From a virus, in IMG/VR virus record IMGVR_UViG_3300035670_011224, positions 1 to 64,000 of that record: 64,000 nucleotides of DNA; one strand, 5' to 3'. The position numbers were made by a program, and so were the translations under genes. Positions within the stretch are counted from its first letter, which is position 1. Each line of letters begins with the position of its first letter. This document shows positions 22,401 through 30,600 of the stretch, piece by piece. A model generated the notes under the pieces. The model was not told the DNA's origin, made no database searches, and was given only the letters and a program-made list of their open reading frames with translations.

Positions 22401-22504
22401 TTGATTATACTCAAACATTAATTAATTTTGAATTGACACATACTAATACCAACTTTAAAGTTTATGATAGCATAGGATTAGTATGCAACACAGGATCATG
22501 TTAA
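19478..22504 (+). CDS. Cys-rich FN3-like repeat protein (7 repeats plus 1 divergent)
   Basis: Repeated LKPY..Y.(Y/F)...SN(H/W)...SG.F...FCESSGYC...C(D/E/N)xC(L/I)P. Confidence 0.78.
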   Translation: MYHHNLKTNIAGILPNQLYNFVVEAINSNWPVRTFPASGSISSLTNTATINTDIYFCEDLNCSNYDVYNSGTYQIGYDPFADIRLRITSDALSVPIYTNVTKVICSGCAAIPTISPQLSWFELKGTNESTINVDISGLKPYTTYSYRFLDIGSNYPIDLQLVSGTFTTSNNKSYSLRTDFAFCGYEDCDNVVIGSGYSNKIGQEQCDKYYTNLQISLDSSYFIEPIIGPKITVECDNCLPKPVITLPDSIDLDSITLNNFNLITNITGLKPNSRYDYSFQHMGGNHSVLLDNVSGYFNTDSAGTDIDLITPMIMCESSGLCGSTNVLGTIQNGDCDKNKNVKLRLKLDSDCLDYSIYSSIITVNCDNCLPIPNLVVPTSKISLLGVGDEPNIYNSSININNLKPYSTYSFEIVDFKSNHLIGFEQLSGSFTTNNETTHTLNNSIIFCESSGYCNNYQTTGTINSDRFANILNTSFRVKLNSTCLPAPVYSDPVLIDCEYCLPYIDIDIPSEVTLTQASGNIYSLNVPISPLKPYSDYEYSIKNITTNHMIGFESLSGSFNTENSEAFNLTNKVVFCESSGYCNSYVKTGSMNSDSCNNKLNASFKIELNNDNLYSPVLSRLIKINCDNCIPQINIQTPSKATLTSTNIYPMNIVLTNLKPYSEYSYSFENIKSNHLVGLKELSGVIKTKTNTTANISNSLVFCESSGYCNTYYTSGSINSNACNNLLSTSLQVKINSSCLSSPVISDIVEVDCNNCIPILGASLPSTTVNLTSTNLVSITGTVSGLRPLQSYDYYFTGDNNWPILLDNISGSFVAKTSTENIVSKVLFCYPSGNCSNENGLLPYSLSSAAQKILNNNVLFGKLKLNVKSSSCNSTVYSSNVSTINCKDCLPCVRYADVQISGSPVIALDNNCCIGQKLLSVNVTNAVPSEKYIYSFSSTSGVGVNLLQFNPQTGEMYFGSGGAGTINSICAIDLIDYTQTLINFELTHTNTNFKVYDSIGLVCNTGSC

Positions 22505-22537
22505 TACATTTTTTGGTAAAGGATAAAATATAAATAT

Positions 22538-25411
22538 ATGAGCAATCCAGTATACACAACAGATATTATCAAAGCGCAATTACAAAACTTAATAGTTTGT
22601 CACAACTACAAAGTGTCTTATACTTTGCATTATACGAATAAAAATTTGGAAGCATATCTTGATAAAAATACTTTAGAGTTTAGAGCAAATAATACTATTC
22701 AGAATGTTTTTGTTGTGCTAACCAAAGATATTAGAATTAACGGAGTTTTATTAGAAATTAAAGCTGTGGATTTAGATAATGAATCCACTCTTGTTCATAG
22801 TAGTTTTGTGGTTTGCGATAATTTTGATAGTTGCGAACCAGCATATCCTAGTCCAACACCAACACCATCCGTAACAGTTACTCCTACTGTTACTCCTACT
22901 GTTACTCCAAGCTTTACTCCAACTGCTACAACAACGCCAAGTATTACTCCTAGTATAACACCAACAACTACTGTTACGCCCACAAATACTCCAACACAAA
23001 CAAGCACTCCAACAAATACTCCAACACAAACAGGTACTCCCACAAATACTCCAACACAAACAAGCACTCCCACGAATACTCCAACACAAACAAGTACTCC
23101 CACGAATACTCCAACACAAACAGGAACTCCTACTGTTACGCCCACAAATACTCCAACACAAACAAGCACTCCCACGAATACTCCAACACAAACAAGTACT
23201 CCCACGAATACTCCAACACAAACAGGAACTCCTACTGTTACGCCCACACATAGTCCAACACAAACAAGTACTCCCACAACTACCCCAACACAAACAAGTA
23301 CTCCCACAACCACCCCAACACAAACAAGTACTCCCACAAATACTCCAACACAAACAGGAACTCCTACTGTTACTACAACACAAACAAGAACTTCTACTGT
23401 TACTCCAACACAAACAAGAACTTCTACTGTTACTCCAACTCCAACAGTAACTCCTACTGTTACTCAGCCATCTACTGATTTTACAGCTGAATATATGTCA
23501 GATAGAAATATGACTATTAAATTTAATACTAGTAGTAATGGTATAGTAGATTTTGGTGATGGTGATGTTAGAGTTTTTAGTAATAATAGTAATTTTATCA
23601 AAAATGCTACGGGATGGACATACCTCGCGGAGCAACTAGGTAATATAACTTCGATTTCCTGTAATAATGATGGAACCAAGCTTGTAGCAGCAGCAAACAA
23701 TAATCGGCTTTATACCAGCACTGATAGCGGAGTTTCTTGGATAACACGAGGAGACAATAGAAATTGGAGTAGTGTGGCTAGTAGTGCGGATGGAACTAAG
23801 CTTGTAGCAGTAGCTGATCGGATTTATACCAGCACTGATAGCGGAGTTTCTTGGACAGCACGAGACAGCATCAGAGCTTGGAGTAGTGTGGCTAGTAGTG
23901 CGGATGGAACTAAGCTTGTAGCAGTAGCAAACAATGATCTGATTTATACCAGCACTGATAGCGGAGTTTCTTGGACAGCACGAGACAGCATCAGAGCTTG
24001 GAGTAGTGTGGCTAGTAGTGCGGATGGAACTAAGCTTGTAGCAGTAGCTGATCGGATTTATACCAGCACTGATAGCGGAGTTTCTTGGACAGCACGAGAC
24101 ATCTTCAGAACTTGGAGGCGTGTTGCTAGTAGTGCGGATGGAACTAAGCTTGCAGCGATTTCGATTACAAGTAATGATTCGTATATTTATATTAGCACGG
24201 ATAGCGGAATAACTTGGACGGTATCCGATCCTCCAACAGGTAATTATTATTGGAGCGATATTGCTATTAATGATAATAAGATTGTGGTCGCGAATGCTAA
24301 TGGTTACATTTATAGTAGTAATAATTTTGGAAAAACATGGTTCCAGCGAAACACAGTAACGGGGTCTGACATTGTTGCATACAGTGGTAATGGCTCTAAG
24401 ATTTTTGCAGGATACTATCAATCCAGTCCGGCCTCTACAAAGATATGGACTATTAGTAATAAAATATTAAACGTTAGTAGTGCAGCTAATAGAATATTTT
24501 TTACTAGCCAGAATAACTTCAATAATGTATTAATTTCAGTATCTAATTGGGGGCTTTTAACAAATATTGATGATATGTTTAGTAACAACATATATGGAGA
24601 CGATAGTTTATGCTGCTTTCCAAGTAATTGGAATAATATTACAAGTGCCGTCCGCGCTTTTGCCTACTGTAATGGCCTAGATGATATTACTATTAATGGT
24701 AATGTCTTAACTACTTTAGAGCAAGGTTTTATAAATGCTAGGCTCGGAAATATTGTTATTAATTCTAATACCTTAATTAATCTATCTTCCGGTTTTCAAT
24801 CAGCTATTGCTAGAGATATTACTATCAACAGTAGCAGTTTAAATAATTTAACATCTGGTTTTCAGTCGTGTTCTGCTAGAAACATTAGTATAAATACAAA
24901 TAATTTATCTGTTCTTAATTCATCGTTCACCGCAACAGTTGCGACAAATGTGAGTATTAATAGCATTAATCTAAATAATATTTCTTCGGCTTTTGCTAAC
25001 TCAACTATTAATAATGTAAATATTTATGCTCCAGCATTAAGTAATTGTAGTAATGCGTTTCAAGGTTCATCTATTGCTACTTTTACTATTACTAGCTCTA
25101 CCAGTTCTATTAAAACTTTAAATGGTATGTTTGATGGTTGTAGTAATCTAAATGGTGATTTTACAGGCTTTAGTTTATCTGGAATAACTAGTAATAATCT
25201 AAATACTTTTATGAGAGGAGTAACTTTAAGCAATGCTAATTATAACAGAACTTTGGTTTATTGGGATAATAATAAAGGTAATTATCCTTTTAATAATATA
25301 AATATACATATGGGGAACAGCAAACTAGACACAACTAGTGGAGGGGCTAATGGCATAATAGCTAAATTGAATTTATTAAATTATGGCTGGACTATTATTG
25401 ATGGATCATAA
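22538..25411 (+). CDS. Modular adhesin/receptor-binding protein: N-terminal Ig-like anchor, Thr/Pro mucin-like stalk, Asp-box (BNR) beta-propeller, DUF285/BspA-like LRR C-terminus
   Basis: [10 protein letters not shown] repeats, STDSGVSW Asp-boxes, L..MF..C repeats, and a GWTIIDG terminus. Confidence 0.75.
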   Translation: MSNPVYTTDIIKAQLQNLIVCHNYKVSYTLHYTNKNLEAYLDKNTLEFRANNTIQNVFVVLTKDIRINGVLLEIKAVDLDNESTLVHSSFVVCDNFDSCEPAYPSPTPTPSVTVTPTVTPTVTPSFTPTATTTPSITPSITPTTTVTPTNTPTQTSTPTNTPTQTGTPTNTPTQTSTPTNTPTQTSTPTNTPTQTGTPTVTPTNTPTQTSTPTNTPTQTSTPTNTPTQTGTPTVTPTHSPTQTSTPTTTPTQTSTPTTTPTQTSTPTNTPTQTGTPTVTTTQTRTSTVTPTQTRTSTVTPTPTVTPTVTQPSTDFTAEYMSDRNMTIKFNTSSNGIVDFGDGDVRVFSNNSNFIKNATGWTYLAEQLGNITSISCNNDGTKLVAAANNNRLYTSTDSGVSWITRGDNRNWSSVASSADGTKLVAVADRIYTSTDSGVSWTARDSIRAWSSVASSADGTKLVAVANNDLIYTSTDSGVSWTARDSIRAWSSVASSADGTKLVAVADRIYTSTDSGVSWTARDIFRTWRRVASSADGTKLAAISITSNDSYIYISTDSGITWTVSDPPTGNYYWSDIAINDNKIVVANANGYIYSSNNFGKTWFQRNTVTGSDIVAYSGNGSKIFAGYYQSSPASTKIWTISNKILNVSSAANRIFFTSQNNFNNVLISVSNWGLLTNIDDMFSNNIYGDDSLCCFPSNWNNITSAVRAFAYCNGLDDITINGNVLTTLEQGFINARLGNIVINSNTLINLSSGFQSAIARDITINSSSLNNLTSGFQSCSARNISINTNNLSVLNSSFTATVATNVSINSINLNNISSAFANSTINNVNIYAPALSNCSNAFQGSSIATFTITSSTSSIKTLNGMFDGCSNLNGDFTGFSLSGITSNNLNTFMRGVTLSNANYNRTLVYWDNNKGNYPFNNINIHMGNSKLDTTSGGANGIIAKLNLLNYGWTIIDGS
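22848..23465 (+). repeat. Coding tandem repeat with a 30-nt unit ([10 protein letters not shown]) and an exact 102-nt higher-order duplication
   Basis: ACTCCAACACAAACAAG(C/T)ACTCCCAC(A/G)AAT units. The block starting at 23039 recurs at 23141. Confidence 0.95.
23671..24157 (+). repeat. Near-identical coding repeats (alternating 120/114 nt) encoding Asp-box propeller blades
   Basis: Units start with TGGAAC(C/T)AAGCTTG at 23671, 23791, 23905, 24025 and 24139. Confidence 0.95.
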
Positions 25412-25674
25412 TGGAGAATAATATAATGTCTATAACTACTACTAATTTTTTAAATCATATTGACTACAATAAAAATGGTAAAGTATTAATTTTTTATTAT
25501 CATGGTAATTTTTTTAAAGTTTTACCAGATGATGCTATAGATCTTGTTGAATATGCCAATAAAAATTTATTGAGTGGTATGAAATATAAAATTTTTGATA
25601 ATTATAATAGTATAAAGATTTTAAATATAGATGAATTAAAACTACTGTTTGAAGATGCGAACATAGTACCATAG
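25411..25674 (+). CDS. Small protein, possible tail-fibre assembly chaperone
   Basis: TAATG coupling to the adhesin gene. The size, position and weak ...ANKNL.SG.KYKI.D resemblance fit small fibre-associated proteins. Confidence 0.4.
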   Translation: MENNIMSITTTNFLNHIDYNKNGKVLIFYYHGNFFKVLPDDAIDLVEYANKNLLSGMKYKIFDNYNSIKILNIDELKLLFEDANIVP

Positions 25675-25702
25675 TTACTATTTAGGATTTTAAAGTACAG
25701 AT

Positions 25703-27667
25703 ATGATTTATAATCAATTAAATTTACAGGATAACAATTTTACTAATCAAAGTATTGGTAGTAATCCAAAAATAATTATTGAATATAATGGAACAGATAT
25801 TCATAGCATAACTGGGCCAGTTCCTGTTGTGGATATTGGATATAGTTTTAATAATAATGGTAATGATCTGGCTGAGAGCGTAACCACAAGCATTAATCTT
25901 GTGGGCAAAATTTTAAGACGTCCAGACAATGGTGATTTACCAGGAGTAAATCCAAATGCTGCTATGCCAGGATTTAGTGGAATAATAGCTGGCGTTAGCG
26001 GATTAAGAAATCTTTTTACACAAGAACCTTACGGAGTTCTTAAATTTAAGTGTGATGGTACAGTATTGCACGAAGTAAGTGGATTAAGGGTGCGAGATAT
26101 ACAAATTAGTAACACAGAAGATAATTGGGTACAAACAGCAGATTATACTATTAATTTAGAAGGATCTCAAAGATTATGGTCAGGAGATCCAGTAGAAGCA
26201 TTTGTTACAGAAAGACAGGACAGTTGGAGCATAGAGCCGCTGGACGATGCTGTATTTACAGATTTTAATAGAAACGTACTTGGTAAATATGAATATAGTA
26301 ATCCAAAAATCAATAGATTGTCATCATCAAATACTCCGCTTATCGAAACTAATGCTCTAAAAATTTTAAATATTCCACAGTTCAGAATAACTCGTAGATT
26401 ATCAGCTAAAGGATCGGTTAGACCAAACGATCCGAGCGGAAGAATATCCAGATCAGAATTATATAATGAAAATACAAAACCCTATGTTTTTGCTAAAGCA
26501 TGGGTTGAATATATGTCCAAAAAAGGATTTCAAACATCCGATACGACCAATAATAGCTCTCCGTATTTTAAATCACCATTTGATCAAAATTTATTTGCTT
26601 TTAATCATAATAGAACTGTTAATATTGATATTTTTAATGGAACATACGAAGTTAATGATACTTGGCTAGCTATGCCTAGTGGGGTACCGTACACAGAAAC
26701 ATATACATTAGAAACATCAACAGGAGAAGATTATATTAGAACAGTAAGGGTTGCTGGCAATATTGCTGGTTTATCAATATCTAATCAAGGATTAATGACG
26801 GATAGCGGAGTATTACCGAGCGGAACAGGCAATGGTGGAGATATTGATTCACAACTAAAATTAAATACATATATGGTAAATGGACAGACTAATGCTCAAG
26901 CTTATAATACTTTAGATATGACAACACCTAGCACAACAGCATTTCCACCCTCTCAATCTATTGCTAATAATAAATATCAAAATGCTCTTAATGCCTGGCT
27001 AAACCATATTAAACCAATGTTATATAGAAGAGCTTGTTTAGCAGTAAATAGCGAAGATAGAACATTAAATTATACGCCTGCATATACTACTACGCCACCA
27101 ACAGCTCCTAATAATCCTATATATAGTAGAGAAACATTACTGAGCACCATACCAATTGGTACTAGTGAAGGTCATGATCCACGAAAAGGAACCATCAACT
27201 ATAGTTATGAATATACAACCAGATTAACTATTATAAGCGGTGTTATTAGTGAAAATATTAGTATTAGTTATGACAATCCTGTCGATAATACTAGCGAGCT
27301 ACAAATTATTGGTCGAGCATTAGGTCCCATAATACAAAGAACAGGCAGATCAACACCTAAAAAAACCATAAGCGTTGAAATCGGTATTCCGCCGGTAACA
27401 TCAGTACTCCAATCGTCATTAAATCATCCATCATGCCCATTGCATAAAAATGGATATTTATTTAGCACAATTGAGCAGCTTATAGAGGCCCATAGACCAT
27501 ATTCTCCTAGTTCTTTTTTAAATGAACCACCATCAATGTCAATAAATGGTGTAGTATACACATCTAGCGATAGCGAACAATGGAGTCCCACAACAGGAAA
27601 ATATTCTCGTAATGTTAGTTGGACATATCAGCAAGCTAATATGGGTATCGATTTTAGGGATCATTAA
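25703..27667 (+). CDS. Putative tail/baseplate structural protein
   Basis: 654-aa beta-rich ORF in the structural block. No catalytic motif recognised. Confidence 0.55.
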   Translation: MIYNQLNLQDNNFTNQSIGSNPKIIIEYNGTDIHSITGPVPVVDIGYSFNNNGNDLAESVTTSINLVGKILRRPDNGDLPGVNPNAAMPGFSGIIAGVSGLRNLFTQEPYGVLKFKCDGTVLHEVSGLRVRDIQISNTEDNWVQTADYTINLEGSQRLWSGDPVEAFVTERQDSWSIEPLDDAVFTDFNRNVLGKYEYSNPKINRLSSSNTPLIETNALKILNIPQFRITRRLSAKGSVRPNDPSGRISRSELYNENTKPYVFAKAWVEYMSKKGFQTSDTTNNSSPYFKSPFDQNLFAFNHNRTVNIDIFNGTYEVNDTWLAMPSGVPYTETYTLETSTGEDYIRTVRVAGNIAGLSISNQGLMTDSGVLPSGTGNGGDIDSQLKLNTYMVNGQTNAQAYNTLDMTTPSTTAFPPSQSIANNKYQNALNAWLNHIKPMLYRRACLAVNSEDRTLNYTPAYTTTPPTAPNNPIYSRETLLSTIPIGTSEGHDPRKGTINYSYEYTTRLTIISGVISENISISYDNPVDNTSELQIIGRALGPIIQRTGRSTPKKTISVEIGIPPVTSVLQSSLNHPSCPLHKNGYLFSTIEQLIEAHRPYSPSSFLNEPPSMSINGVVYTSSDSEQWSPTTGKYSRNVSWTYQQANMGIDFRDH

Positions 27668-27669
27668 TT

Positions 27670-30600
27670 ATGAAAATTGTAGGACAAACATTATTTTTAG
27701 GAGCTAGTGTTAGTAGTTTTAGTAGTAACATTGGATGGGGTGGAACTAGTAGTTCTATTACCGTAGAATTAGTAGAAGATTTTCAACCTTTTGGAAAATT
27801 TCCTTTTAGAAAATTTAATCAAAATAAAACTGCTGATTATGGCGAATTGATTGTGGATGGAACTAATACTTTGCCGAGTGGTCATACCGCCACTCCAGGA
27901 CGATCAATAGGAGACGATGCTTATACCGTTCCTCATTATATTCCAAGCTCTTATTCTGATGATCATTATTATACTTGTGGTGGAGTGGATAGTTGTTATG
28001 TGGACGAACTAGGAAGACCATATAGTAGTAGTCCAACAAAAAAAGAAAAGAATGTTCCTGGTAAAATATTTTATGAATGGGTCAATGGTAAATTTGTTTC
28101 TAAGTATTGGTATGCAGAAGATCCTGGTTTTTTTGCTACTGGAACACGAATTAATCATAATGGCGCATACGTCCCTTCTTTGGGTCGCGGTGGATCAAGC
28201 TCTGATTTATTTATTTATGATATAATAAACACACCCGTTTATTTTAAATTCGATAATTTTGAATTTATAGGATTAGTAAAAAATTGGGAAAGAAATAATA
28301 GACCTGGTGGTATATCGTATACTGTTACTATAGAAAGTTTTGATGAGATATTAGATAATTGTCATGTTATTTTACAATCTTTCAATGGAGCTATTTTTAA
28401 TGTTAACTCCTCTGTTCTTCAAAGCATATTAGATGGTCTTGGAGATGCTGGAATAGCATCTACAACCAATCTACAACCAAACCAAATAGGAGGACCAGTT
28501 AATTTTCCATTAGCTAACACTGCGCCTGGTACTATTCCAAGATTTGATGAAAAAATAAAAAGAGGAAATTTACCGAATGTATTTAATGTATATGGATTTT
28601 TGGAAAGTATGGGCAATAGTGGTTTCGGAGGATCCAAATTAAATAGCGAGGGTTTAAAAGCAAGTGATATTATAGACGCATTACAAGCATTAACATCAAG
28701 CATTAATTTTAATAGTAGAACAACAGTATCTGATAAAGCATTTTCACCATTTGGTAGAATTATTACAAAAACAATATCTGATGCAAGAACCGGCTCTGTG
28801 GTGAATAGTCTTGGATCTTTTGGTATTATTGGACCAACAATACCACAAAGAACACAAGCGGATCCATCAACAGGCTATAATAGCTTTAGACTAGATTTGA
28901 GTAGTTTGCCAAGACCTCCGGATTTGTATAGAATTCAGGGAAATCCCAGTTTAAGCATATTGTCTTTGATTAGACAAATAACAGATGATACTGGAGTAGA
29001 TTTTTTATCAATAGTTGTTCCTGTACAAAATGGTGCTTATACAGACTTTATCATAAAAATTCTAACCGTTGATCGAAGAAACTATAATCCTCTTTATCAA
29101 ATACCAAATGTTATTTTAACTTTGGAGCGAAATAACTACGAGATAGAAAATAGTAGTTTTGGTCAAGAAAAAAATAATAATTTTACTCGTAAATTAATCT
29201 TTGGAGGAAATCAACAAAGACTATACCAAGTCAAAAATTATAGATTATCTTATCATCAAAATAATTTAGTATATAATCCTATTACTAAACAATTTATGAA
29301 TTTAAATTCTAATAATCCAAAAAATAGAATTAATAAAATTCGTAATCCTGATTTATCTTCTACTAGAAATAAAATCGTATCAGACTTTGTTCATCCGGTA
29401 GAAAGCCCGATCTTTTTAAGAGATGATAACGATGCAAATATCAGATTTACTTCTCCAATACCGGAGTGGGCAGATACAGAGCTAGGAAGAGCAGAGAATA
29501 TAGTACGAGGTAACTATAAACCAACAATTATTGACCCACAACCAACCACTCCTGTTACTGTACAAACCAGATTTGTATCCTTATCAAATGATGTAATTAG
29601 TCCATATTTTGGTTTAAAATCAGAAACTAGAGCGCCTATAGGAGATAATACTAACGAATTTAGATCGCCAAGACCAGTATTATTTGATACATGGACTCAC
29701 CAGATTACTGTATTATTTAGTTTAGATGAATTACCAATTTTATCAGTTGGCGAACCACTAAGTATATACAACCCTAATCTTTTTCCTCAACAATCAGGAG
29801 CAAATCAAACAGGAGGCGGTGTCCAAGGAGCATCTTCAGAGATAACAGCTGGTGGCACCCCACCAGTACCTCCCGCAACAGATTTTGGAGGTCCAGCATC
29901 TAGTGGTATTAATCCAACAAGAACCTTAAATTATACTTTTCCTGGTTTTACTATTAAAGAATCAGAATTTAGATGTCCAAATTTTGATAGTTATTTGACA
30001 TATTGTTTAGGTAAATCAAAGTATAGTAAGCCTGATTTGTTTGTAATGTTAGTTAACGCCTATAAAGCTAAAGGTCTTTTTACAACAGCTCCATCACCTA
30101 TGCCCTCTGTTGATACTGGAGGAGGCATTAGTGGTATCGATGGAAAACTAACCTCAAATAGTAGCACTTCTCAAAATGGTATTCCGTCAAGTCCAGTGCC
30201 GGGATTAAGAACAAAAATGGATATGAATTGGGATATATGGCTAAATCATAATTTTATTAAAGATTTACAAATAATATTTGCTTTTATTAAGAATATCGGT
30301 GATACATATTATGGTAAAAAATATGCTATTAAATCTCCTGCTTTGTATTCCTATAAGGATACTCAATATGCTAATATCCAATTGCCATCTACTGTTGGAA
30401 ATATTTCTGTGTTTCAAGGAAGCAATCAAATCTTTTATGACTATGAAATTGTTGACGGAGCATGGGAGGAGTATGGAAACTATATAGACGACAGTATTGT
30501 TTGTGGAGATCCCAACTGGCATGTGTTGAGAAACGAAGACGGTTTGATTCCAACAATTCTAGGCTATAATAATAGCTCTAATATTGATGATCTTACCAGA

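Noticed and set aside
15013-22504. The 2-3-5-8 repeat counts as a meaningful numeric series
   Set aside because: Probably coincidence, and the eighth repeat is divergent. Only the graded increase is reported.
14956-22536. T4-like late promoters TATAAATA at 14956 and 22529
   Set aside because: Expected by chance in AT-rich DNA, and the second lies 1 nt from the start codon.
22848-24157. Possible CRISPR array
   Set aside because: The repeats are in-frame coding units without unique spacers. The only Cas-like gene is a generic PD-(D/E)XK nuclease.
22772-24421. Minus-strand ORFs of 213, 180 and 261 aa
   Set aside because: They are antisense shadows of the Thr/Pro and Asp-box coding repeats.
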